A program made the translations under genes and the position numbers. Of a stretch of 64,000 nucleotides of DNA, positions 1 to 9,100 are shown piece by piece. This DNA comes from Deltaproteobacteria bacterium (GTDB taxonomy: Bacteria > Myxococcota > Kuafuiibacteriia > Kuafuiibacteriales > Kuafuiibacteriaceae): positions 448,001 through 512,000 of the forward strand of contig JAVJQW010000023.1 of the NCBI GenBank assembly GCA_040218735.1, read 5' to 3'. Under the pieces are notes generated by a model. The model made no database searches. It was given only the letters and a program-made list of their open reading frames with translations, and was not told the DNA's origin. How positions within the stretch are numbered: the stretch's first letter is position 1; the number at the start of each line of letters is the position of its first letter.

Positions 1-753
1 GGTGAAGAAGCCGGCGCCGTTGTTGATCAGGACGTTGTTCTCGCCGATGTCGATCTGGATGAGGTCGTTGTCACCGTCGCCGTCGATGTCGCCGACCGCG
101 TAGCCAGCACCCTGCTCGATCGCGAACGGGATGCGTCCGGGGCCTTCCGTGAAGGTGCCGGTGCCGTCGTTGATCAGGACGCGGTTCACGTCGCCGGGCG
201 GGCCGAACGGGAAGGGGTTCTCGTTCGAGATGACGATGTCGAGGTCACCGTCGTTGTCGAGATCCGCGAAGAGCCCCTCCGCGCTGACCTCCACGAAGAA
301 CGGCGGGAACGACACGGCGAAGCCGGGCGGGCCGGGGGGCGTCGCCTGCGGGAGGGGCGCCTCGGTGAAGAAGCCGTTGCCGTCGTTGATCAGCAGTTGG
401 TTCGGTCCGAGGTTCGTGACGAGCGCGTCGAGGTCGCCGTCGCCGTCCACGTCTCCGAAGTCGACCTCGGTGCTGTTCGAAGGAATCGGAGGGAGGCGCG
501 CGAACGACTCGTCCGTGAAGTGGCCGGTGCCGTCGTTGATCAGCAGACGGTTCGGGAACGGCGCGGCCGACGCCGAGCCATCGACCGCGAACAGATCGAG
601 GTCACCATCGCCGTCCACGTCTGCGAATTCGACGTCGAGGGTGTCCTTGGTGTCCTCCGCCGGATCCGACGCGAGCTGGGACGTCGCGTCCACGAAGATG
701 AAGTGGGCTGGCGTGGAAGCGATCAGTACCGCTCCGAGAAAAATCGAGTTCAA
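1..753 (-). CDS. FG-GAP/VCBS repeat secreted protein (3' end runs off the window)
   Basis: Not in the ORF track; my own translation from TTG at 753 (GGAGGA upstream) gives LNSIFLGAVLIAS... with repeated DVDGDGDLD / DLDNDGDLD / DIDGDGDND and LLINDGxGxF motifs. Confidence 0.85.
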   Translation of the reverse strand, partial: MNSIFLGAVLIASTPAHFIFVDATSQLASDPAEDTKDTLDVEFADVDGDGDLDLFAVDGSASAAPFPNRLLINDGTGHFTDESFARLPPIPSNSTEVDFGDVDGDGDLDALVTNLGPNQLLINDGNGFFTEAPLPQATPPGPPGFAVSFPPFFVEVSAEGLFADLDNDGDLDIVISNENPFPFGPPGDVNRVLINDGTGTFTEGPGRIPFAIEQGAGYAVGDIDGDGDNDLIQIDIGENNVLINNGAGFFT

Positions 754-850
754 AGTGAGTTCTCCTCCCGTATCCATCCGCTTGCCACGGTGAGAACCCG
801 CCCGCAATCGCGGCCTGTTCAGATGTTTCCCGGCGCGCTACGAACGTGCC

Positions 851-2629
851 GTGTTCGTCACTCTGAGAACGGTCGGCCTGGCCGCATTCTTCGGAATACT
901 CACCACCGCGGCGGCGCCGCCGAAGGGGCCGCTGGTCCCGCACCGCGAGAAGCCGAAGGTCGCCGCACAGATTCCGCCGGCGCCCGTCGCGCGAGGCAAG
1001 AAGGGTGTCGTCGTCAGCGCGCACGCCGATGCGTCGCGTGCCGGCGTCGAGATCTTGGACCGCGGGGGCAACGCGCTCGACGCCGCCGTCGCGACCGCCT
1101 ACGCGCTCGCGGTCGTCGAACCGTTCTCCGCCGGCGTGGGCGGTGGCGGGTTCCTGCTCTACTTCGACGCCAACACGAAGAAGGTCACCGTCGTCGACTA
1201 CCGCGAGGTCGCCCCGCGCGCCGCCGACCGCGACATGTACTTGGTGAACGGCGAAGTGGATCCCAAGCTGTCGCTCGACGGCATCCTCGCCGTCGCCGTA
1301 CCGGGTATGGTGCCGGGCCTCGCGGCGGCGCAGAAGAAGCTCGGCAAGCTGAAGCTGTCGAAGGTCCTCGACCCGGCCATCCGACTCGCCGCGGACGGGT
1401 TCCTCGTCTCACCGCGCTTCCACGAAGCGAGTGTCTATCGCCTCGACACCCTCCTCGCGGATCCGGAGGCCACGCGGGTGTTCCTGAAGGACGGTAAGCC
1501 GTACCCGGTCGGCGAGCGCCTCGTGCAGCGCGACCTCGCCAAAGCGCTGCGCGCCGTGAAGCGAAACGGCCCTCGGGTGTTCACGCACGGGTGGGTCGCG
1601 AAGGCGATCGCCAAGACGAGCAAGGACAAGGGCGGCCGGCTCGTGCTCGACGATCTGAAGTCGTTCCGCACGCGCTTCCGCGAGCCGCTCGTCGGGACGT
1701 TCCGCGGCCACACCGTCTACACGATGCCGCCGCCGAGCTCCGGCGGGACGCACCTGCTCCAGATGCTGTCGATGCTCGACATCGATCGCGAGCGCCGTGA
1801 CGCACGCACCGCCGTGGACGTTCGGCACGCGCAGATCGAGATCATGCGCCGCGCCTACGCGGACCGCGCGGTGTTCATGGGCGACCCGGCGTTCGTCGAC
1901 ATCCCGCTGAAGGGCCTGCTCGCCCGTGACTACGCGGAGCGCCGCTACTCAACGATCGACTGGAAGAACGCGACCCCGTCCAAGGCCGTGAGCGCCGGGA
2001 AGCCGAACGGGGTCGAGGCGCCCACGGTGACCTCGACCCCGCGCGAGTCGAACGACACCACGCACCTCACGGTGATCGACAAGTGGGGCAACGTCGTCGC
2101 GCTGACGCAGACCGTGAACTACGGTTTCGGTTCCGGCGTCGTCGTGCCCGGGACGGGTGTGCTGCTCAACGACGAGATGGATGACTTCTCCGCCAAACCC
2201 GGTGTGCCGAACGTCTTCGGCCTCGTCGGCGGTGAAGCCAACGCGATCCAGCCGGGCAAGATCCCCCTGTCGTCGATGACGCCGACGATCGTCGTCAAGG
2301 ACGGCGCCGTGCGCCTCGCCGCCGGCTCCCCCGGCGGGTCGACGATCATCACCACCGTGCTCCAGGTGATCCTCAACGTGCTCGACCGCGACATGACCGT
2401 CGCCGAGGCCGTCGCCGCTCCGCGCATCCACATGCAGTGGCTCCCGGACGTGACCCGCTTCGAACCGGGTGCGCTCACCGACGCCGAACGGTCGGAGCTG
2501 GAGAAACGAGGCTTCGCGCTGAAGCCGCGCGCCGGGTGGGGCAACGCGACGGCGATCGAAGTGCTCCCCGACGGCACCCGCGTCGGCGCCGCCGACCCGC
2601 GAGGCGACGGCGGCGGCGACGCTCAGTAG
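851..2629 (+). CDS. ggt: gamma-glutamyltransferase
   Basis: Signal peptide; GGNALDAAVA, GVGGGGF, PPPSSGG, autocatalytic DTTH, LNDEMDDF, SSMTPT, GSPGGS motifs. Confidence 0.95.
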   Translation: MFVTLRTVGLAAFFGILTTAAAPPKGPLVPHREKPKVAAQIPPAPVARGKKGVVVSAHADASRAGVEILDRGGNALDAAVATAYALAVVEPFSAGVGGGGFLLYFDANTKKVTVVDYREVAPRAADRDMYLVNGEVDPKLSLDGILAVAVPGMVPGLAAAQKKLGKLKLSKVLDPAIRLAADGFLVSPRFHEASVYRLDTLLADPEATRVFLKDGKPYPVGERLVQRDLAKALRAVKRNGPRVFTHGWVAKAIAKTSKDKGGRLVLDDLKSFRTRFREPLVGTFRGHTVYTMPPPSSGGTHLLQMLSMLDIDRERRDARTAVDVRHAQIEIMRRAYADRAVFMGDPAFVDIPLKGLLARDYAERRYSTIDWKNATPSKAVSAGKPNGVEAPTVTSTPRESNDTTHLTVIDKWGNVVALTQTVNYGFGSGVVVPGTGVLLNDEMDDFSAKPGVPNVFGLVGGEANAIQPGKIPLSSMTPTIVVKDGAVRLAAGSPGGSTIITTVLQVILNVLDRDMTVAEAVAAPRIHMQWLPDVTRFEPGALTDAERSELEKRGFALKPRAGWGNATAIEVLPDGTRVGAADPRGDGGGDAQ

Positions 2630-3142
2630 CTACTCGGTCACGATGGAGATCGGCAGCGCGACGTCGTCATCGCAGTCGTCACAGCTCGAGCTCGCCGAGA
2701 ACGACAGCGTCGCATCGACGGCGTCGGCGGGCGACGCGAGCTCCAAACGGATCACATAGTCGCGCGTGCACGTTCCCTTGCAGACCTCGTGATCTGCGTT
2801 CATCGCGATGGAGAAACCGCGGTCGGTCCCGACGATCTCGTCGGTGCGCGCCACGGACTCGACGCCCCCTTCGACGATCGATGCCGCGAGCTGCTCGCCG
2901 ATCATCGCCGGCGCCGAGATTCCGACCCACAGCGAAGTGTCGATCGACGCGTCGCCGACGCCTTCGTAGGTCACGCGCACCGTCGACTCGACGACCGCAT
3001 CCGGCTGAAGGCGCACGGACGCCGCCCCGTCGGCGCTCCCGTACGCGCCGCCCGAACCGCAACCACCGGCCCCCCATCCGCTCCCCATGACGAGGGGGCC
3101 GAGCCCCAGAAGAACCACCGCGTAGGGGCGAAGCCGATGCAT
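2630..3142 (-). CDS. hypothetical exported protein
   Basis: Hydrophobic N-terminus with GGC, acidic Cys-containing body; converges on ggt. Confidence 0.6.
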   Translation of the reverse strand: MHRLRPYAVVLLGLGPLVMGSGWGAGGCGSGGAYGSADGAASVRLQPDAVVESTVRVTYEGVGDASIDTSLWVGISAPAMIGEQLAASIVEGGVESVARTDEIVGTDRGFSIAMNADHEVCKGTCTRDYVIRLELASPADAVDATLSFSASSSCDDCDDDVALPISIVTE

Positions 3143-3190
3143 CGCGCCATACTATGTCAGCCGCGGACCCGCTCCACCCCTGAATGATCC

Positions 3191-4411
3191 TCAAGGCGCG
3201 AGGCGCATCAGCGCGGCCTCCAGCATGGTGTCCGTACCGTTCACGAGCGCGGCGCGATCGAACGAGACCGCGAGATCCACGGGCACCCCTGCGGTCTCGT
3301 AGATCTCCCCGTCCGCTGCGCGGTAACGCTCACCCGACAGCTCGAGGCTCCACCCCGCGGGCATCGTCTGATCGACCAGATCCGAGAAGTGCCCCGAGCC
3401 GCGCTCGCCCACGACCTCGACGTTCGCGCGGACCCGCATCGCGAGGGTGAAGGTCTCGGCCGCGCTGAAGGTGCCGCGGCTCGTCAGCACGACGACGGGG
3501 CCGGCGAACGCGTCGCCGTCGGAGGCCTCGACGTACCAATCCTCCGGCGGACCGAAGTCGAGGTGTCCAGGTCCGTTTCGGCGCTGCTTCGACCACGCGA
3601 GTGTGCGTGGGCCGGCGAAGTGCTGCGCGACGTCGAGCGCGACCGTGTCCCAGCCCCCTTCGTTCGCGCGCACGTCGACGATCATCGCGCGCATGTCGGA
3701 GAGGTCGTCGAGCGCCTCCTCGATCGCGTCGACCGCGGCTTCGCGATCGTCGTCTTCGTCGCCGGTGTTCGACAGCTCGTCGAAGCTCGTGATGCTGATG
3801 TAGCCGACGTCGCCGATCGTGCCCCACGCGAACCAGTCCTCGGCGGCCCACGTGAGCTCGTCTTCTTCGATGTAGTTCGACTCCGCGTTGAACTCGAGCT
3901 CCTGCGCTTCGTCGTAGTAAGGATAGGCGCTGACCCACGCGTCCTCTTCGCGACCGCCCGGCGCACCGAGCTGGACGTGCCCATCGTCGAGGTTTTGCGC
4001 CATGCCGATCAGGACGTCGAACAGCGCGTCTTCGCCGGTGTTCGCGTCGATCGATGCGCAGCCGTCGCGACCGATCGTGTTCCAGTCGCCATTCGGGAGG
4101 CGGAAGTCGAACACGGCGTAGTTCGTGTCGAACGCGGTCCAGAACGCGTTGAAGACGTCGAAGGACGCGCCAGCGCCGGGGCATCCGGTGAAGGGCGCGA
4201 CGGTGCCGCCGTCGCGCGTCGTCGTGCCGCCGTCGCGCGTCGTGGTGCCGGCGTCGACGTGGCCCGCGTCGGGCGTGCCGGCGTCATTCGCGGCGCTACC
4301 GGCGTCGACGATCGGTCGAGCGCCACCGTCGCGTTGGAAACCATCCGTATCCTCGGGTGCACCACTGGTACACGCGAATAGCGGGAGCATGATCACCGTC
4401 CACCAACGCAT
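3191..4411 (-). CDS. S41 family peptidase (tricorn C1-like) lipoprotein
   Basis: Lipobox LFAC, DAG/RDGG linker, FWTAFDTNYAVF, DGHV, IVDVRANEGG, TFSAAE catalytic Ser, GERGSG. Confidence 0.9.
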   Translation of the reverse strand: MRWWTVIMLPLFACTSGAPEDTDGFQRDGGARPIVDAGSAANDAGTPDAGHVDAGTTTRDGGTTTRDGGTVAPFTGCPGAGASFDVFNAFWTAFDTNYAVFDFRLPNGDWNTIGRDGCASIDANTGEDALFDVLIGMAQNLDDGHVQLGAPGGREEDAWVSAYPYYDEAQELEFNAESNYIEEDELTWAAEDWFAWGTIGDVGYISITSFDELSNTGDEDDDREAAVDAIEEALDDLSDMRAMIVDVRANEGGWDTVALDVAQHFAGPRTLAWSKQRRNGPGHLDFGPPEDWYVEASDGDAFAGPVVVLTSRGTFSAAETFTLAMRVRANVEVVGERGSGHFSDLVDQTMPAGWSLELSGERYRAADGEIYETAGVPVDLAVSFDRAALVNGTDTMLEAALMRLAP

Positions 4412-4505
4412 GAAACGAGCATGCGCGGCGCCCGACCGACCGACCAGAGCGGCGCCGACACCTCACATCGAACGTGGGTCCAGGAACGGTGTTACGGTCC
4501 GGGCA

Positions 4506-5669
4506 ATGCACCTGATCTCGCGTTTTGCGCTCGCCTTCGCGCTGCTCCTCACCGGCCCCTTCGTCGCAGAGGCGTTCGCCGGACCGTGCGGCGGAAACAA
4601 CCAGCGACCGTGCAAGGTGTTCGAGCGTGTTCCGTCGTGCAACCGGGGGCTCGTCGAGGACTTCGCGAAGGGCAAGTGCATCTCGAAGAAGAAGGCGAAG
4701 AAGCAGACGAACAAGGTGCTGAAGAAGATCGTCCCGAAAGCGCCGCCGCCCAAACGTCTCAACTGCGGCAAGCGCGGTCAGCGCCCCTGCCTCGTCACCG
4801 AACGCATACCCTCCTGCGACGGGGGCCTCGTCGAAGACTTCGTGAAGAAGAAGTGCCTGCGGCCGAACGAAACGTCGGGCAAGGACGCGGAGCGGAAGGT
4901 GCAGCAGTTTGCGCGTAAGTTCGTGAACGAGAACAAGGCCGTCGCGCAGGCGCTCACGCGGTTCGGGCAGTCTCTGACGACCGGGCCGACCGCCGCGTAC
5001 TTCAAGGGGGGCGGGTTCAAGCGTGACGTCGAGGCGAACCGCGTCGCGCAGATCGTGAGCCGCATCGATCTGTCGGCGTTGAAGAACGACATGAAACGCG
5101 TGCGCAGCCGATACCTCCCGAAGACCGTGATGGTCGCCGTCGTCGTCGAGGGCGGCGTGGGGATCGGCGGGAGCATGGAGCTCGGCGTCGCGTTCGACAT
5201 CTCCCCGCAGACCGGACCGGCCGTCGTGTACCGAACCTTCGGCATCAACGCCGGCTTGATCACCGGTGGCTCGGCGTCGGTCGCGGTCGGCTTCGCGTGG
5301 ATGCGTCCGCCGAAGATCGTCGGGGAGCTGCGCGGCTTCGGCTTCGCCGCGGGGCGTTCGGTCTTCCAAGGGGCGTCCGTCGGCGGATCGATCGCGTTCT
5401 GGTTCGCGCCGCACCCGCAGGCGCCCGGCGGCCTCCTGATCGAGCCGCGCAAGTTCGCCGGCATCGCCGTCGCGGTGAGCGTCGGGGCGACCGTCCTCCC
5501 GGTCGACCTCCGCGGCAGCGCCGCGCTCACGCAGGTGCTGCGCGGTCGCAAGTGGGTCGCGGACGGGTGCGGACGTCAGAACCAGCGCCCCTGCCACATC
5601 GTGGAGCGCGTCCCCTCGTGTAACCCGGGGTTGCGCGAGGACTTCATCAAACACCTCTGTATTCGGTGA
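4506..5669 (+). CDS. basic secreted protein with three 4-Cys repeats and a Gly-rich hydrophobic core
   Basis: Start reassigned to ATG 4506 (MHLISRFALAFALLL signal peptide); three CGxxxQRPCxxxERxPSCxxGLxEDFxKxxC repeats. Confidence 0.75.
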   Translation: MHLISRFALAFALLLTGPFVAEAFAGPCGGNNQRPCKVFERVPSCNRGLVEDFAKGKCISKKKAKKQTNKVLKKIVPKAPPPKRLNCGKRGQRPCLVTERIPSCDGGLVEDFVKKKCLRPNETSGKDAERKVQQFARKFVNENKAVAQALTRFGQSLTTGPTAAYFKGGGFKRDVEANRVAQIVSRIDLSALKNDMKRVRSRYLPKTVMVAVVVEGGVGIGGSMELGVAFDISPQTGPAVVYRTFGINAGLITGGSASVAVGFAWMRPPKIVGELRGFGFAAGRSVFQGASVGGSIAFWFAPHPQAPGGLLIEPRKFAGIAVAVSVGATVLPVDLRGSAALTQVLRGRKWVADGCGRQNQRPCHIVERVPSCNPGLREDFIKHLCIR

Positions 5670-5698
5670 ACCCCTTCAGGGATACACCCAATTTTGCG

Positions 5699-5739
5699 TC
5701 ATTTCGCAATTGTTATGAGATCCAACATTGACGAAATGA
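5699..5739. promoter_or_regulatory. AT-rich imperfect palindrome upstream of the LruC-like operon (candidate operator)
   Basis: TCATTTCG-CAATTGTT ... AACATTGA-CGAAATGA; outer 8-bp arms 5699-5706 and 5732-5739 are perfect reverse complements. Confidence 0.45.
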
Positions 5740-5763
5740 TCAACTCCAAGCAGAACGCGCAAT

Positions 5764-6150
5764 GTGTTGCGCTTCTGCCGAGTGACCTTCGTTGCACTCT
5801 TGTTCGCCTGCGCGCCCGAGGTGGCGCCGACTGAGACGCCTGCGGCCGGTCCGGGGGTCCTCCGGAGCACGGCGTTCCCCGCCGACTTCGACTTCGCCAC
5901 GACCCGCAACGTCCAGATGCAAGTCCGGGCGGGCGCGCTGACCCTCCCGCGCGGCGCCGACATCGTCGAGGTCCGACGCACCGACGGGAGCCTCGTGTTC
6001 CAAGGCGCTCTGCGCGCCGGCGTGCCGCTCGACCTGAACCTCTCCCTCCCGAGCGCCGACCGCGAAGTGGAGATCCGCGTCGGGGGCGAACGCACCGTCC
6101 GCGCCGTGCGTGTCCCCGTCACCACCACCGAGCTCGATCTCGACTCCTGA
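5764..6150 (+). CDS. small lipoprotein, partner of the LruC-like protein
   Basis: Lipobox LLFAC; FPADFDFATTR segment; 17 bp upstream of the next gene. Confidence 0.7.
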   Translation: MLRFCRVTFVALLFACAPEVAPTETPAAGPGVLRSTAFPADFDFATTRNVQMQVRAGALTLPRGADIVEVRRTDGSLVFQGALRAGVPLDLNLSLPSADREVEIRVGGERTVRAVRVPVTTTELDLDS

Positions 6151-6167
6151 TCCGAAGGCCAGCCCCG

Positions 6168-9100
6168 ATGTTCACGAAGAAGACCACGCCCCTCGCCGTC
6201 GCCGCTGCGCTCTGCGTCGCTCCCGCTGCGTTCGCCCAGGACGCGGACACCGACTCCATCCCCGACAACGCGGACGCGTTCCCGTGTGACCCCGCGCTCG
6301 CCGGACTCATGTTCGCGCCGGGTGAGAACCAACACGGAATGCTGCTGTTCGAAGACCTCTGGCCAGAGGTCGCCGACGAGGACTTCAACGACGTCGCCCT
6401 CGCGTACAACTACGTCTACTTCCTCGACGCCAACAGCCAGGTCGTCCGCGTGCGCGCCACGCTCACGCCGCTCGCCCTCGGCGGCCTCTACGACAACGGC
6501 CTCGGCCTCCGCCTCCCGGTCGCCGCGTCGAACGTCGCAAGTGTCACGCGCACCATCGCGGGCGCGCCCGCCGAGACGCTCACGCCGTCGTCGACGGACG
6601 CGCAGCTGACGGTCATCGTCTCCGACAACCTTCGCGAGCTCTTCGGCGGCACCGCCGGCCCGATCAACGCCGACGCGACGACCAACCGAGTGCTCGGTCA
6701 GCGCATCGTCGTGGACGTCCAGCTCAGCACGCCCGTCGCGCAGTTCAGCGGCTCGGCGCCGCACGACCTGTACATCTTCCGCCTCAGCCACCCCGGGCTG
6801 GAGATTCACCAGCGCAACTACGCCGGCACTTCGCAGATGGACATCTCGTACTTCGGGACGCAGGACGACAACTCGAGCGCGGGCAACTGGTACGTCGATC
6901 AGTTCGGCCTCCCCTCGGCGCTCGTCGTTCCGCTGAGCGCGCCGTACCCGCAGGAGCTGACATCGATCGCGACGCTCTTCCCGAACATCATCACGTGGGC
7001 GCAGTCCGGCGGGGCGCAGAACCAGGACTTCTACGCGTCGAACGTCGCGTCCGCCTACGCGTACCAGGACGCGTCGGGTCAGGGTGCGTACACGCCGCCC
7101 GCGCCCGCGTCGATCCTGCGCGACCGCACCTGCGTCGCCACCGACGTCACGTTCAACCAGAACATCACGGTCGACGCGAGCAACATCGGCACGCTCGAGG
7201 ACCAGAACTGGATCATCCCGTCGGGCGTCACCGTCACCCTGCAATACGACCAGCCCTTCCGCGTGAACGCGCTGGACGTGCAAGGTGTCTTGCAGCACGC
7301 ATCGTGCTCGCTGTCGGGCTGCTCCTCGCTCCAGATCGAAGTCGCATCGGACGCGACCATCCACCCGGGCGGCGCGATTCGTGCGGACGGGCGCGGTTAC
7401 CTCGGATCGCGCCAGGCCGGGAACGGCTACACCGCGCGCACCCGCGGCAACGTCACCGCCAACGCGAGCGCTTCGACCGGCGGATCCCACGGCGGGTTCG
7501 GCGGCGCGGGCGGCACGGTCGCCAACACCTACGACGACGTCTACCACCCCGTCTTCCCGGGCTCGGGCGGGACGAGCGCCTCCAACTCGAACGCGTCCTA
7601 CCGCGGCGGCAACGGCGGCGGTGTCATCCGCCTCGACGTCGCGGGCACGCTCGCGATCAACGGACAGATCTCCGCCAACGGCGGACGGGGCGCGGCGTAC
7701 GACTCCGGCGGCGCGGGCGGCTCCATCTGGCTGACCGCGGGCAACGTCACCTCCACGCAGACCGGCGTCGCGGTGGTCGCGAACGGCGCCTACGGCTACT
7801 ACGCCGGCGGCGGCGGCGGACGCATCGCGATCTACGGGCCGCGCTCTGGCTGGACCGTGCCTGGCCACGTGCAGGCCGAGGGCGGCACGTCGCGCTCCTC
7901 CAACCTCTACGGCGGCCCCGGAACGATCGTGTACGGCGACACCGACGCGGCTGCGCAATCCAACTTGCTCGTCGACGCGACCTCGAACCGGAACGCGAAC
8001 TACTCCGACCTCCGCGTCGGCGCGTTCGGCAACGTTACCTCGGTCTCCGCCACGACCCTGAACACCGCGCGCACGCTGGAGCCCGGCGCCCTCGCGGGCC
8101 ACACACTTCGCCCCGACGCCGAGCAGCCCGCGACGGTCACGATCGTGAACAACACCGCCACGTCGATCACGATCACCGGCGGCGACCTCACCACGATGAC
8201 CGCGGCGGGCCGCCCGTTCTACGTCACCGACTACGCGACGCAGTTCAACAGCGTCTCGATCGGCCAGACGGCTCGCGTCGACGCGGGAGTGTTCAACGTC
8301 GCGGGTGACTTCGCGATCGCGGACAGCGCGCAGCTCGACATCTACGAGATCGCAGCGGACCGGATCCTCATGACGAACAGCGCGTCGATGAACACGTTCG
8401 ACAACACCGCGCGCATCTACAGCCAGGCCGACAGCACGGTGAACACCGCGTGGACCGTCAACGCCACCACGATGACGCTAGCGAACAGCGCTCGCCTCCG
8501 TTCGTGGGCCGGCACGCTCAGCCGCATCTACCCCCTCACGATCGTCGCCACGGATCTCGACATCGGTTCGGGCACGATCGTCGAGTCGGACGGGCGCGGC
8601 TACCTCGGCTCGCGCCAGGCCGGGAACGGCTACACGGCGCGGACCTTCGGAAACAACACGGCAAACGCCAGCGCCTCCACCGGCGGTTCCCACGGCGGCT
8701 ACGGCGGCGCGGGCGGCACCGTCGCGCAGCTCTACGGCAACCCGTACTTCCCGGACACCGCGGGCACCGGCGGGACCAGCGCGTCGAACTCGAACGCGTC
8801 CTACCGCGGCGGCAACGGTGGCGGCATCCTGCGGATCAGCGTCGCGAACCTCTTCACGCTCGACGGCGTCGTCTCCGCGGGCGGCGGGCGCGGCGCGGCC
8901 TACGACTCGGGCGGCGCGGGCGGCTCCATCTGGATCGACGCAAACCAGATCCTCCGCAACACCACCGGCGTCGCGCTCCGTGTGAACGGCGCCTACGGCT
9001 ACTACGCCGGCGGCGGCGGCGGACGCGTGGCCGTCCACTACGGCCAGCTCTCCGGGTGGGTCGTCGACAGCACCACCGTGCAGGCGCTCCCGGGCACCTC

